Source of the DNA: Octopus sinensis
Lineage: Eukaryota
Assembly (NCBI RefSeq): GCF_006345805.1
Contig: NC_042998.1
Coordinates: 37,944,001 to 38,008,000, forward strand
Length of the DNA stretch: 64,000 nucleotides
Direction of reading: 5' to 3'
In this document: positions 50,818 to 63,741 of the stretch, piece by piece
Numbering within the stretch: the first letter of the stretch is position 1
Layout of the letters: every line of letters begins with the position of its first letter
Made by a program: the position numbers and the translations under genes
Notes under the pieces: model-generated
Seen by the model: the letters and a program-made list of their open reading frames with translations, nothing else
The model's database searches: none
Told to the model about the DNA's origin: nothing

Positions 50818-51103
50818 GAAATGAAGAAAATGCTGACAAAATAATTTAAGTAAGGGAGAGTGTATTTAATTAGGTGAAAGTTCTTTTTACCGGTTGCGCA
50901 TTTGTTATGCTTATCAAAAGATATTTTTTAAGAGAGATAGAGTTCCTTTCTGATAGATTTTTTTCTCCAGAAAGGAACTCTATCTCTCTTAAAAAAATAT
51001 CTTTTGATAAGCATAACAAATGCGCAACCGGTAAAAAGAACTTTCACCTAATTAAATACACTCTCCCTTACTTAAATTATTTTGTCAGCATTTTCTTCAT
51101 TTC
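50818..51103. repeat. Near-perfect long palindrome (135/136-bp arms, 15-nt spacer); foldback or MITE-like
   Basis: 50818-50952 is the exact reverse complement of 50968-51103 except for one extra base in a T/A run. It has (TA)n on both outer sides. Confidence 0.95.
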
Positions 51104-51139
51104 GTTTTTTTATATATCACAACTCGTGTTCCACATCTC

Positions 51140-51189
<50 letters not shown>

Positions 51190-53164
51190 GGTAATGAGAA
51201 ATTATAGAGGTGAACTCTTTTCAAGAAACAACAACGTAGGGCTCAATTTATTGACTGATTAGAGTAGTAATTTGAAAGAGACAAGTTCTATGTTCAGTAA
51301 TAGTCCTCATGAAAGCCGACATGTATCCAAACACAGAGGTCATATATAAGTCATTATATAATCTTGGCAACGAATGGCTTCCCCCGGACTGTGGTATACT
51401 TGCGCTTCTGTCCGTCATTATGCCTCATCTTTCACACACTGACTCCATTGTTCATCACTATCGAAGAACACCCGTTCATATAATTTTAACAGCAAAATAT
51501 AATTTGCCGGGACGCATCAATGCTTGTCAATTAATTAGAGCGTGTAGTGAAATATTGACGTGTACAATTATACTAAATCATTCGTGTACACTTGGATGGG
51601 TAAGACCTTCCGCTGCGGAAACTGACTCTGAGGAAGAATTTCCCTTATAAACAATATTTGTGAAAGCGCTGTGATATGAATGACGTCAGAACTTAGTGTG
51701 CCTTGCTCTTCCTCATCTCTTCTACGCTTGAATGCAGACGAAAGTTTTGAATATAATTGAATAAACTTGTATTTCTATCAACCTGGCTTCTTGTGCTTGC
51801 GGAGATTTGGTTGTACAAGAATAAATAACTCTGTACGAGAAACCAGCAGAATGATTGACTTCGAATGACCGATTACGAAAGACCGATTCCATTTTGCATG
51901 GAACATTTTTCTGCCCCCTCGGAGGTATATTTACGTTACATTGCAGCGGGCATATATATAACAAAGTATTGGTTAACCCACTGTAAACCTATAATACAGC
52001 TTTTTTTCATTATATGTGATATAAAATACAATGAAATATAAATATTTCCAATATTCGACTAAAGAAATCTCTTAGCGTTTTTCGTGATAAAATTAAGATT
52101 AATACTAAAGAAAAACAAGAAAATTTGTCTCCGAAAGATTTCGATTTTAGTTTACCAACATCAGCACATTGCTATATTGCCGTTGATTTACTTGTAATGT
52201 TTTTCAGCACTCACTGAATCTCAATTTCCAATATATTTTGGTCCATCTTTCGATACATTTGTTTGAAGTCGATTGAAGTTCATAGTGTCCACATTAAAAT
52301 CATTTCTAACTTCAGAAAGCAAATCCCCTCTGAATTATATCAAGTGACATATTCAACAATATAGATAACAAGCTTGTTTTTCTGCTACAGAATACTTCTC
52401 TCCCGATCAGCATTTGTAGCAGTTTATTCATTAGATATAACGTGTCGAGATATATCAAGCTGAGGTTTGCATTTAGCTTCCAAATATCTATTATTTTCTA
52501 TTTCCTTTATGTTTTCGTTATTTTACTACACTAAATAGTTCGGAAAATAGTAGCTTTTGTCTTAAACAAATATCTGTTTTACGTCACGAATCTATCTAAT
52601 GCATAACAAACCACGTATCTAGCTCCTTGTTATCGTCTTCTTTTTCTAAGCTTTGTAAATGAGACACAACGAAATTCGTGTACGTCAGATTCATCTGATA
52701 CTTGAAGCATTGTATTCTAATGATAATGATGATTCTAAAGTGAACCGTTTTGCCTAATGATGAAGAGGCGTGCGTGCCATAAAATGGGCATAATTTTCAG
52801 TTATTCCTATCACGAGTATCAAGGAAAAGATTTCCAACATGATATTTTTAATTTGGTACAGAGTATTTTGCTATTACTACTTTTGAAAGTAGATATATAT
52901 TTATAGAAGATTTAAATTCTTTTCATGTATATATTGTAATTTTCCAAAAGGTAATTCTAGTTTTATATTTAAATACAAGTTCTCAGAAATACAAACACAC
53001 ACATACATACACACACATACGACACACAATACACACGTGCATACACGTATATATGTATGTATGTATACTACGTCTACATATGTATATGAGTAGGGAAGTA
53101 TGTCGGTATTCATGTATTTATTTACACATCTATTTGTCTATATATATACAGAGAGAAAGGGAGA

Positions 53165-53176
53165 AGATAGATAGAC

Positions 53177-53264
<88 letters not shown>
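53165..53264. repeat. (GATA)n microsatellite
   Basis: Direct inspection. Confidence 0.95.
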
Positions 53265-53265
<1 letters not shown>

Positions 53266-56010
53266 CGTTGTACTCTTCCCAACATAATGTCTGCTGCTTT
53301 GAATGCGTTAAAAGAATATTATGTACTATTTTAGAATCAGTCACAGATACAGAACAAACCCAGCAATTTGAACATAAGCAACTCGAATATTTGGTTATCA
53401 ATATTTAATCACTATAAATCTATATTTTTATTTTTCATTTCTACTTTCATATCAAGTAACGTCATAACATATATCATCGTTGAATTTTGCTTTCTTTAAA
53501 AAGATTTTTTTAGACTACAAGACATTAACACTCCACTAAATATTGCCTTTTGCGACAAAAGAGTGAGACCAGAAGACAAATTATGAGGAATGCATCAAAA
53601 GAAATTATATCCGTTTAATGTATTAAGTTATAAATGAAAGTTAAAATATGTGACGCTTCGGAAATTTTTCTTCGTCAATACAGACAGAAAAAAAGAAAAA
53701 TCTTTATAAGTACAAAGAAGAACGGAAAGTGTATTTATTTAAACTCAAACACGCCTTCTTGTTATTCATATTTCATATTTTGTATCTATTCCCGTCATGC
53801 ACAATCTTTTATATTTTTTCTTCATTTCCTTTAGAGAATAACTTTAGTTTAGCTTTTTGCAAGTCTAGCAACATATTTCATTAGCAAAAATTAAGGCTGT
53901 CTATGAGAGAAATAGTTATGAACACTATAGTTTAGAACACATATGTCTTACCCATTTTTCTGCTTGTAGAATATATATGATTCAGAGCTTGTATAAAATG
54001 TGCCCAAAATGAGATTGAACCTCACACATACACAACCAGATATCAGGGCATAGAGAAATATGTATCAGGACTACAAAAAAACATTTCCAGTTTCAAATAG
54101 TACAATCATTTAATTCCATTTTCAGATCTAGGTTTTTAGGTATAAACTTTCTCTTTCTGCACGGAAATATCTTTGGATTATTCGTTTTGGTATTTGGTTC
54201 GTAAGATATTTTTATGTGAATTCTTATGTTCTAACACACGAATAGAAGCAAAATAACTTGGACTAACAATCAACTGGTTGACTGATTGTTGACTGAACAT
54301 TAAACCAACGGTTGATTAATTAGTTGGTTAGATATTTAACCAATGGACTAACGATTGGGCATATTATTGAACCAGTGCGCGCTTTATTATTATCGGTTTA
54401 ATGACTCTCCTAAGACACCACAAGCCATCTTTGGATGCTTTCATAACAGAATTATCATTTATGATGATCTATGTTACATTTTCTATAGGTGTCTTTTGCT
54501 CGGCCCTCTTTATTTTCGTATTGAGAGCTGTGGATTGCAATGAGGTTTTCTTAAGTACTTTTGCAAACGTAACTTAACAGATTAAATTGTAGGAGTATGT
54601 CAAACACAAACACTAAAAATATGGACTTGCTAAATATCTTGAACATTTATGCAAGTGTAACATGATCCTTCCATTGCAGATTTATTCATGTGGTACATAT
54701 TTCTATCATAGGAGTAAAGACATAAGATTCCCTGTCTAAAACAAGAGTAGGAATGTTGATAATATGCTCCTGACGCTTGGAGTAAACTGCGTTGTTTAGG
54801 TAGACATTTTAAAACTGGCTCAGCATGAGAAACAAGCATAACATTAAAATCAAACGAAAATACCAGAAGGCATATATTTAGCCCATTTTTACGAATTCTA
54901 AATTACATTAGTATTTTTCTCACGGTAAAACTTCTCTTTACTTTTCCGATCATATCACTGTCTTCTATTCTGTTATCAGGCTTAATCCGAAATATACGTT
55001 CATAATTATACACGACAATATCGTCGGAAAGCAAATATTCAAGTTTCTACACCGAAGAAACTCTTACCTTACAAAGGTTCAATAGTGATCATCAAAACAT
55101 AAACAAGAGATAATAAAGCTTTATCTTGAATGGGTTGCATAGATTGTGTCTCACTTCATTAGAACTTCACTGTTTCTGTTAGAAATACACTACATACTTT
55201 ATGAGACTTACACCTAGTTAATGCGAGAAACGTACAGCTGAAACAAATCACGTGAATTTGACATCGGATCCGAAACCATGAGCTGATTGCGAGAATGTAT
55301 TTAAAAAATTTTCTATGATGTCTAAACAAATATGTTCATTTTCTAAAGCTCTTTTTCTTTAGTAAACATAATATCACGTTTACATATTGTTGAGGGGTTC
55401 GTTAATTGCTGGTGTAGAAAAAAAGTTTAGACTGAAGTATTAAGTTGTCAGAAGAGGTATGCAATCAGATACATATGGCTAGTAAGTAAGGAACCCGGTT
55501 CGGCAGAGGAATGTTAGGATTGCCGGCAATACAAATATTAGAATATTTATTCAGAAGAAACATAGAAACAAAAGAAATATTTTGTAATTTACAGAATATG
55601 AAGAAAAAGGGGAATATTTGTAAATTAGAGTAAATATTGCATAGCAGATATTTGTATCTACAAAAAAGTTCTCATATTCTCATGATGACGAAGGGCTTTA
55701 ATATATTACGTGAAAATATGTAAACTGTTAATGAATAAACGAAAGTCAGCTATTTTTCAGTTTCGGGTGAGAAGCAAAACCACTGCTTACTTCATTACGC
55801 TTTGAATTCATGTCATTGTTCATATTTCAATCACAAGAAAACGCTGACATGAATTAAATGCCAGAAACAACGTAATTCATCTAAGTTATTAGTTATCTCC
55901 CTTCGGGATATAAGATTAAGGCCCCCTGAGGCCGCGTTTGATATTGTTTCCTTCAGTGTTGACACCGTTTAAGTCAGCAACTTACTGTGAGTATATTATT
56001 AAACGATATC

Positions 56011-56230
56011 GGCGGCGAGCTGGCAGACACGTTAGCGCGCCGGACGAAATGCTTTGTGGTATTTCGTCTGCCGCTACGTTCTGAGTTCAAATTTCGCTGA
56101 GGTCGACTTTGCCTTTCATCTTTTTGGGGTCGATTAATTAAGTACCAGTTAGGCACTGGGGTCGATATAATCGACTTAATCCCTTTGTCTGTCCTTGTTT
56201 TTCCCCTCTATGTTTAGCAATAAAGAAATA
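56011..56230 (+). mobile_element. SINE family A copy (monomer, alternative tail)
   Basis: GGCGGCGAGCTGGCAGACACGTTAGC...GAGTTCAAATT...GAGGTCGACTTTGCCTTTCATC...AAGTACCAGTT, ending in GTCGATATAATCGACTTAATCC...AAAGAAATA. Confidence 0.92.
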
Positions 56231-56279
56231 TATATTATTAAACAATATTCCGATAAGGGGTGGCCCACCATTTCCAGAC

Positions 56280-57260
56280 AGCAATATGTCACACGGAAAA
56301 GTGCACAACAGTACACCACCTATCTAAAGAAATACAGTTCATAAAGCCATTTCCATAATCTCTAACATAATTATCAGTAAAATAATCGCACGCTTATAGT
56401 GGTCTCTTATTAAAGAATGGACCATGGGCTCTATTGCAAGACATGAGTTCTTTTCGGTGCATTTGTTAAGCGTTATTCCGCTGAGAAAATACATGTTATC
56501 AGAGTTAAAAGAAAATTTACTTTACTGCGAATATTCCTAATGTTTCGATATAAGGTACACAAACTGGCAAATGTTCCTGGCTTTTGTAACGATATTTTGA
56601 TCACATATTTGTGGTTTCCGCAACCGAGGACTTCGTGCTTGTTGGTGCAGCCGAGGACTATAAACGGTGGACTTATATACTGTCTTCCTTTCCTAACCTT
56701 CAAAATACTCTTTTGTAGGTGATTTTGAGGACTTGATGCGGTTGATCAATGTTAACGTTGCACATTCCAGAAATTCAGTCGGAAACATCTGGGCCGCTGT
56801 GTGAACCCTTTGCAAAATTCCTTATTGTCTAGATAGATCCACACTACAGTTTGTACATCAAAAACTCCATATAAACGTATCTCTAAATAATGGGTCCTTT
56901 CTAGGAAAGTCCCATGATGCCTAAAAGATATCTAGCGACTTCGTGCCTGTTGGTGCGTAGACAGCTCCTAATCAAGAGAAATGGCTTTCACTGCTGGTCA
57001 CATTTCTCACCACACCGACTCTGGGGCCAAAAAGTTATTTCGAATTGCAAAATCCAAACCATTCCGAAGCATAGCGATTCCACCTCGCGGCCCGTATCGA
57101 CTTGGTCATGCGTACGCCACGTATCCATCAAAGGTGGACACGAAAGCTCGTGCTCCAGATACTCTGTTCTCCCTAAAGACGTGCAAATAACATTACTTCT
57201 AGGTTGGCCCCATGTCAGGTGCATTCACACATTCTGTTCTAATTAAGGCCATGTTCAGGT
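56280..57260 (-). mobile_element. Tx1/L1-clade LINE ORF2 remnant (AP-endonuclease domain and start of RT), decayed
   Basis: Minus-strand RVSGARAFVSTFDGYVAYA*PSRYGPRGGIAMLRNGLDFAIRNNFLAPE, GAVYAPTG and FRLNF follow the APE-domain order of Tx1-type elements; LYELY near 56330 resembles the GLPYExY region. Confidence 0.65.
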
Positions 57261-57770
57261 GCAAATTGAGAAGACAGACACTCGAATCCACCAGATATCC
57301 AACTGTGATGACACACCGGATATTTTCATCATTATGCATCCTCCTAGATAAAATGGGAGACAATGCAAATTCCTTAACCCTACAGGAAACAATTTAGTGT
57401 TTTACACCAAGTTTCTGTTAAGGGATTGCATATTGACGGCCCCGCTTTTCCGGGACCCGATCATAAAATCTATGTTCACTCATACTCCGCACAAACACCT
57501 TTCCATTTCGGTGTGAGTGGCCATTTATACACGTTGCATGTCCTTTTAGATACATTTATACTTAGCAGTTTGTCTGAAATCCTGTATCTACTAGAATTAT
57601 CTGGGTACCCTTAAAATACTTCTTGACATCAGTTTTTTAAGCTTTTCAGCATCTTTAAAATAGGTTCGCTTTTCCGCTATAGGAACATGTATTCCATTTA
57701 TGTTGCCGCTTTTGTGAAGGATTTCGCCTTTGAAACATTGGCAACCCTATTGCTTTGGACTGTCACTTTG

Positions 57771-57807
<37 letters not shown>

Positions 57808-58264
57808 AGATTGTGTTGGCAACAGTAGTAGCGTTGGTGGTGGCGATGGTGTTACTTTCTTCTTGTCACGTACCTCTTCACTTGGTTTGTTGTTTCTCTT
57901 TTCGTCATGAGTTTTGCTGCTGTCACTCATAACTCTTGCAGCAGCGGAGACGGTGGTGGTGGCGCCGTTGGCGGTGATAGCAATCCTCTCAAAGTTGCTG
58001 TCTCTCTGCTTTTACAAGACGGACGGCTTTTGTTGTGGTTGTCGAAGTTTTTGTGATCGACTTTACGACCTATTATGGTTGAATATGACAGGTTGCTGCT
58101 GCTGCTACTGCTGCTATGGTTGTTCGTCGCGATAGGGCTGGTGTAGATTTTTTTAGGGCTATACACTTTGAGAAAGTAGCGAATTTTCGTTCACCATTCG
58201 ATTGAAGAAAGAGAGTCAACGCAGAAAGAGAAAAAGAAGAAAAAAACACGTAGAACACGAACAG

Positions 58265-58417
58265 AAAAAAGAAGAAGAAGAAGAAGAAGAAGAAGAAGAA
58301 GAAGAAGAAGAAGAAGAAGAAAAAGAAGAAGAAGAAAAGAAGAAGCAGAAGAAGAAGAAGAAGAAAAAGAAGAAGAAGAAGAAGAAGAAGAAAAGAAGAA
58401 AAAGAAGAAGAAGAAGA

Positions 58418-58452
<35 letters not shown>
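58265..58452. repeat. (GAA)n followed by (CAA)n trinucleotide tract
   Basis: Direct inspection. Confidence 0.95.
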
Positions 58453-58453
<1 letters not shown>

Positions 58454-58736
58454 AATAAAACAAAAATAACTATTAGTGATACTGTTCTATATTTTAACGA
58501 TGTATCGCATTCCCAATAACAGGATGATTAAGAAAATTAACCACATCACTTCGTCAGGAATCACCAAGAAAGGAAATACCTGCCACTTGATGTTTCAGCC
58601 GCAGTAGGCAACACAGCTTTCGAAAGAAGATCCCGAGATATTTAACTATGATGAAATAGAATCAGTCATTTCTTGAATGTAGGACTTGATAACCGATACA
58701 GTCTACATACGTTCATTAACAGATATTCTATGGCTC

Positions 58737-59354
58737 AAGGCGGCGAGGAGCTGGCAGAAGCGTTAGCACACCGGGCGAAATGCTTAGCGGTATGTCGTCT
58801 GCCGTTACGTTCTGAGTTCAAATTACGCCGAGGTCGACTTTGCCTTTCATCTTTTCGGGGTCGATAAATTAAGTACCAGTTACGCACTTGGTCTGATATA
58901 ATCGACTTAATCCGTTTATCTGTCCTTGTTTGTCCCTTCTGTGTTTAGCCCCCTGTGGGTATTAAAGAAATAGGTATTTCGTCTGCCGCTACCTTCTGAG
59001 TTCAACTTCCGCCGAGGTCGACTTTGCCTTTCATTCTTTTGGGGTCGATTAAATAAGTGCTAGTTACGCACTGGGGTCGATTAAATAAGTACCAGTTACG
59101 TACTGGGGTCGATATAATCGACTTAATCCGTTTATCTGTCCTTGTTTGTCCCCTCTGTGTTTAGCCCCTTGTGAGTAGTAAAGAAATAGCTATTTCGTCT
59201 GTCTTTACGTTCTGAGTTCAAATTCCGCCATGGTCGACTTTGCTTTTCATCCTTTTGGGGTCGATAAATTAAGTAGCAGTTGGGTACTGGGATCGATCTA
59301 ATTGACTGTCCCCCTCCCCCAAAATTTCGGGCCTTGTGCCTAGAGTAGAAAAGA
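58737..59354 (+). mobile_element. SINE family A trimer (one head, three bodies)
   Basis: Body TATTTCGTCTG..TTCTGAGTTCAA..GGTCGACTTTGC occurs at about 58790, 58975 and 59190. The first two end in the linker tail ...TTTAGCCCC..AAAGAAATAG and the last in ...GTGCCTAGAGTAGAAAAG. The central GTCGACTTTGCCTTTCATCCTTTCGGGGTCGATAAATTAAGTACCAG resembles the Meta/Sauria SINE domain as recalled. Confidence 0.92.
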
Positions 59355-59803
59355 TATTCTAGGTCTTCATCATAATAATCTCCCATGCAAAAGTTAGAAT
59401 TACTTTTCACTAAATAATGATGCTCGGTCACAATGTGTGAAATATAGCCGAAACACTCACCCAAAGGACGCTGTGCAGTGAAAGCACACAGATATAAATA
59501 AAACAACGGAAACTAAAATATCATAATATCAGGAAATCCTTAATTATATATAATTATATATAATTAATTATATTTAAGCTATAAGGTAATTTGTTTCTAT
59601 ATTTTTCTTGTTTTTATATTAGTGACGTAAATCACGTTCCTATAATTTCTTGACCAAATCTGTCTGCAATTTTTGTTAATTGAGAATTTGACTTGATTAC
59701 GCAGGACAGACTCCAAAATATCCAACCCTAACAAAATATATAACGAATGATGCCATACCGTATCCTCCCATTATTCAATAGATGCAGCAATACAATTTCC
59801 CTA

Positions 59804-60142
59804 GTGGTGAGCCCCTTCGGTCAGACACTGACCATGGGTTTGCACCTAGAGAGTTACCCTCTGAGGCACAAGTCTGGGCAAGGTTGTTTTATGGAAGACC
59901 AGCAGTCGCCCATGCATACCGGCCTCCCCTCTCCACGTCACCGATGTTGTCCAAGGGAAAGGCAAGGGCCGATACAGCTTGGCACCTGTGACGTCGCAGC
60001 TCATTTCTACAGCTGAGTGAACTGGAGCAACGTGAAATAAAGTGTCTTGCTCAAGAACACAACACGCAGCCCGGTCCGGGATTCGAGCTCACAACCTCAC
60101 GATATTAAGCTCGACGCTCTAACCACTGAGCCACGCGCCTTC
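59804..60142 (-). mobile_element. Full-length tRNA-derived SINE (family C) with 12-bp target-site duplication
   Basis: Minus strand starts GAAGGCGCGTGGCTCAGTGGTTAGAGCG (A box) and has GAGCTCGAATCCC (B-box-like). ACAATTTCCCTA is repeated at 59792-59803 and 60143-60154. Confidence 0.92.
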
Positions 60143-60371
60143 ACAATTTCCCTAAATATACGGGAATCGCCACAAAATTTACCAAGTCAGTGACTTTCCT
60201 ATCTTACCAGAAAACGGCAAGCTGTGAAAGTTGTCGGCTTGTATTATTATAATATTACACTTAGAAATAGAATTTCTACGAATAATCTGCAACACCTCGG
60301 TAATTCCTCAGAAAAGAAATGCAAAGCGTATAAACCTGTCTGTAATTTAAACTTGATATACATATTGAGTA

Positions 60372-60505
60372 GGCGCGTGGTCTAGTGGTTAGAGCACTCG
60401 GCTAACGATCGTAAGGTCTTGAGTTCGATTCCCGGCAGTGCGTCTTATCCTTGAGAAAGACACTATATTTTCCGTTGCTCCAGTCTAGTCAGCTAGTAAA
60501 AATGC
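60372..60505 (+). mobile_element. SINE family C, 5' head only
   Basis: GGCGCGTGGTCTAGTGGTTAGAGC...GAGTTCGATTCCC...TTGAGAAAGACACT..TTT.CGTTGCTCCAGT, then (CTA)n. Confidence 0.85.
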
Positions 60506-60863
60506 TACTACTACTACTACTACTACAGATCGAAGAATCCCTTCCAATCACATTATAGAATATATAGGAATATTCACACGAAAACACCGAGACAAACATG
60601 GCACAAAGTTTCTGCTGGCTTACTCTCACCACCACAAGAAATGAAGAAGAAAAATATTTAGAGTTGGCTGGTGCCATTCTTTGAGTTCTTCTAAGATTTC
60701 CAAGTGTATAGGAAAAGGTTGGAACGTACAAGGAATTTATTCTCAAACTTCCTGGTTGCTTCCGTTACGGTTTACACATGAATCTTTGAAGAGTCACTGA
60801 AGACACTTTCGTATACAAAAACACTTATGTTTTGTACAAATACCTACCGGTTGCATAAAAGGG

Positions 60864-61020
60864 TTAACCCATTTGCATTTAATCCGGCCTTATCTAGCCC
60901 TAATGTTCTACCTGTTTTATATTTAAACTGTCCAGATCCGGTCTCTAACACCTACCTTACAATGTCATTCTAAAAATAAAATATTATATCACCAAAATTT
61001 CATAGCGAAAAAATAATAAT
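60864..61020 (+). mobile_element. Probable non-autonomous TTAA-type (piggyBac-like) element end
   Basis: Begins TTAA-CCC; the body resembles a common Octopus repeat as recalled. The partner end was not found. Confidence 0.4.
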
Positions 61021-61025
61021 TATGT

Positions 61026-61230
61026 CTTCTCTAAGCACAAAGCCATGAAAATTTGGGGGGAAAGGGACTAGTCGATTATATTGACTCCAGTACGTAACTG
61101 GTACTTATTTCATCGACCCCGAAAGGATGAAAGGCGAAGTCGACCTCGGTGCAATTTGAACTCAGAACCTCTTTAAGACAAACGAAATGCCGCTAATAAT
61201 TTTGCCCGGCGCGCTAATGATTCTGCCTTT
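61026..61230 (-). mobile_element. SINE family A copy
   Basis: Reverse complement of the family A consensus (ACTGGTACTTATTT.ATCGACCCCGAAAGGATGAAAGGCGAAGTCGACCTCGG). Confidence 0.88.
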
Positions 61231-61468
61231 AGCGTCGAAATTATAACGCAAGATTAAATTAAAACAGAGTAGATAATTATTATATCCGACGGAGTAATCC
61301 GAATGCTGAAGGTGTTTGGAAATTGAAGTTAACAACAACAAGAAAAACATCTACAACAACGGTTTATTTTTGTCCTGAGAAGTCGTTTGGTGCTGCTGCT
61401 GCTACTACTACTACTAGAGATAGATTTGAGCTTTTCTGAACATTAAGGCACAATAAACACACCGCTGT

Positions 61469-61685
61469 AAGGCGGCGAGCTGGCAGAAACGTTAGCATGC
61501 CCGGGCGAATTGCTTAGCGGTATTTCGTCTGTCTTTACGGTCTAAGTTCAAATTCCGCAGAGGTCGACTTTGCTTTTCATCCTTTCGGGGTCAATAAATT
61601 AAGTACCAGTTGCATACTAAGTCGATCTAATCGAGTGGCTCCCTCCCCCAAAATTTCGGTCCTTGTGCCAAGAGTACAAAAGAAT
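61469..61685 (+). mobile_element. SINE family A copy with about 15-bp target-site duplication
   Basis: Full head to tail; AATAAACACACCGCT (61452-61466) and AATAAACCCACCGCT (61683-61697) flank it with one mismatch. Confidence 0.92.
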
Positions 61686-62149
61686 AAACCCACCGCTATG
61701 ATAATGCATTTTAGACCTCATCCCTCGTTAAGCCATCCGTTTTAATGGCTTGCACTCGTCCATCAAATCACTCCAAATATCGCTCTAAAAACTTGCGCTT
61801 TTCTTTTTCGGGTAGACCTATTATTTTTCGTTTACAGTAGAGGTATCCTCTCCTCCAATCTGGACGAACCCTTTGCAACTGCCCTCATATCTAAACGACA
61901 AGCTCTTCCATCTTCCTCTTGTCACCTGTAGTGTGATGCCCTCTAATCAACATTTTCTTCGAGGCTTCCTCCGCAAAGAACGTCATACCGCTGCCACTGG
62001 AATTCCAGCCTTGTCGTTGATTTTCCTGCAGTCGTCCACTTGAAGTTCTTCGACAACTTCCGGATGACTACTGGAAATGTAAACAAGGAATATCATGCTT
62101 TAATGCCGAGTGACGTTCTTCGATAGAACGCAAGAAGTAACAACAGCTA

Positions 62150-63030
<881 letters not shown>

Positions 63031-63056
63031 GTGGTTGTTGTTGCTTTCATTCGAAT

Positions 63057-63439
63057 GTGGCAAGCTGGCAGAATCGCTAGCACGCCGGGCGAAATGCTTT
63101 GTGGTATTTCGTCCGCCGCTGCGTTCTGAGTTCAAATTCCGCCGAGGTCGACTTTGCCTTTCATCCTTTCGGGCTCGATTAAATAAGTACCAGTTACGCA
63201 CTGGAGTTGATATAATCGACTTAATCCATTTGTCTGTCCTTGTTTGTCCTCTCTGTGTTTAGCCCCTTGTGGGTAGTAAAGAAATAGGTATTTCGTCTGC
63301 TGCTACGTTCTGAGTTCAGATTCCGCTGTGGTCGATTTTGCCTTTCGTCCTTTCGGGATCGATGAATTTATTACCAGTTACCCACTGATAATTGACTTAT
63401 CTCCACCCCAAAAAATTTAGCTTTGTGCCTATACTAGGA

Positions 63440-63440
<1 letters not shown>
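63057..63440 (+). mobile_element. SINE family A dimer
   Basis: One head and two bodies joined by the same linker (...GTGGGTAGTAAAGAAATAGGTATTTCGTCTG) as in the trimer. Confidence 0.9.
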
Positions 63441-63492
<52 letters not shown>

Positions 63493-63493
<1 letters not shown>

Positions 63494-63677
63494 CGGTACC
63501 AGCTGTTCACTACCGGTTAACTAAAGTAACACCCCTCACTTTTCCAGCGCCTTCCGGAGTATTCGAGCGATTCCAAGCAGTGCTGTTTTCTGCAAGTGCT
63601 CCAACCGTTATTGCTGCCTCTATTTCTTTCAGGTACTTCTCAAGATTTTTACTCACAGTTTCCAGGTCTCCGACAGT
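63493..63677 (-). mobile_element. R4/Dong-like element 3' end (5'-truncated) with (AAT)n tail
   Basis: Minus strand TVGDLETVSKNLEKYLKEIE...[frameshift]LQKTALLGIARILRKALEK* (TGA at 63536-63538), then a short UTR and (AAT)n at 63441-63492. This matches the typical R4-clade C-terminus. Confidence 0.85.
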
Positions 63678-63682
63678 AAATA

Positions 63683-63739
<57 letters not shown>

Positions 63740-63741
<2 letters not shown>

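Noticed and set aside
51309-51650. 113-aa non-repetitive ORF, and an antisense DEQWSQCVKDEA reminiscent of Helitron RepHel
   Set aside because: No family motif in the ORF; the Helitron resemblance is a dozen residues with no supporting neighbours.
60372-60445. tRNA gene (also at 60070-60142 and 31847-31920)
   Set aside because: A and B boxes are present but no clean cloverleaf acceptor stem, and each continues into shared SINE body sequence.
61730-62130. 82-nt minus-strand exon (CAG|...GCG|GTATGA) or RTE C-terminal remnant
   Set aside because: Two frames are open and the neighbouring sequence looks repeat-derived; neither reading could be supported over the other.
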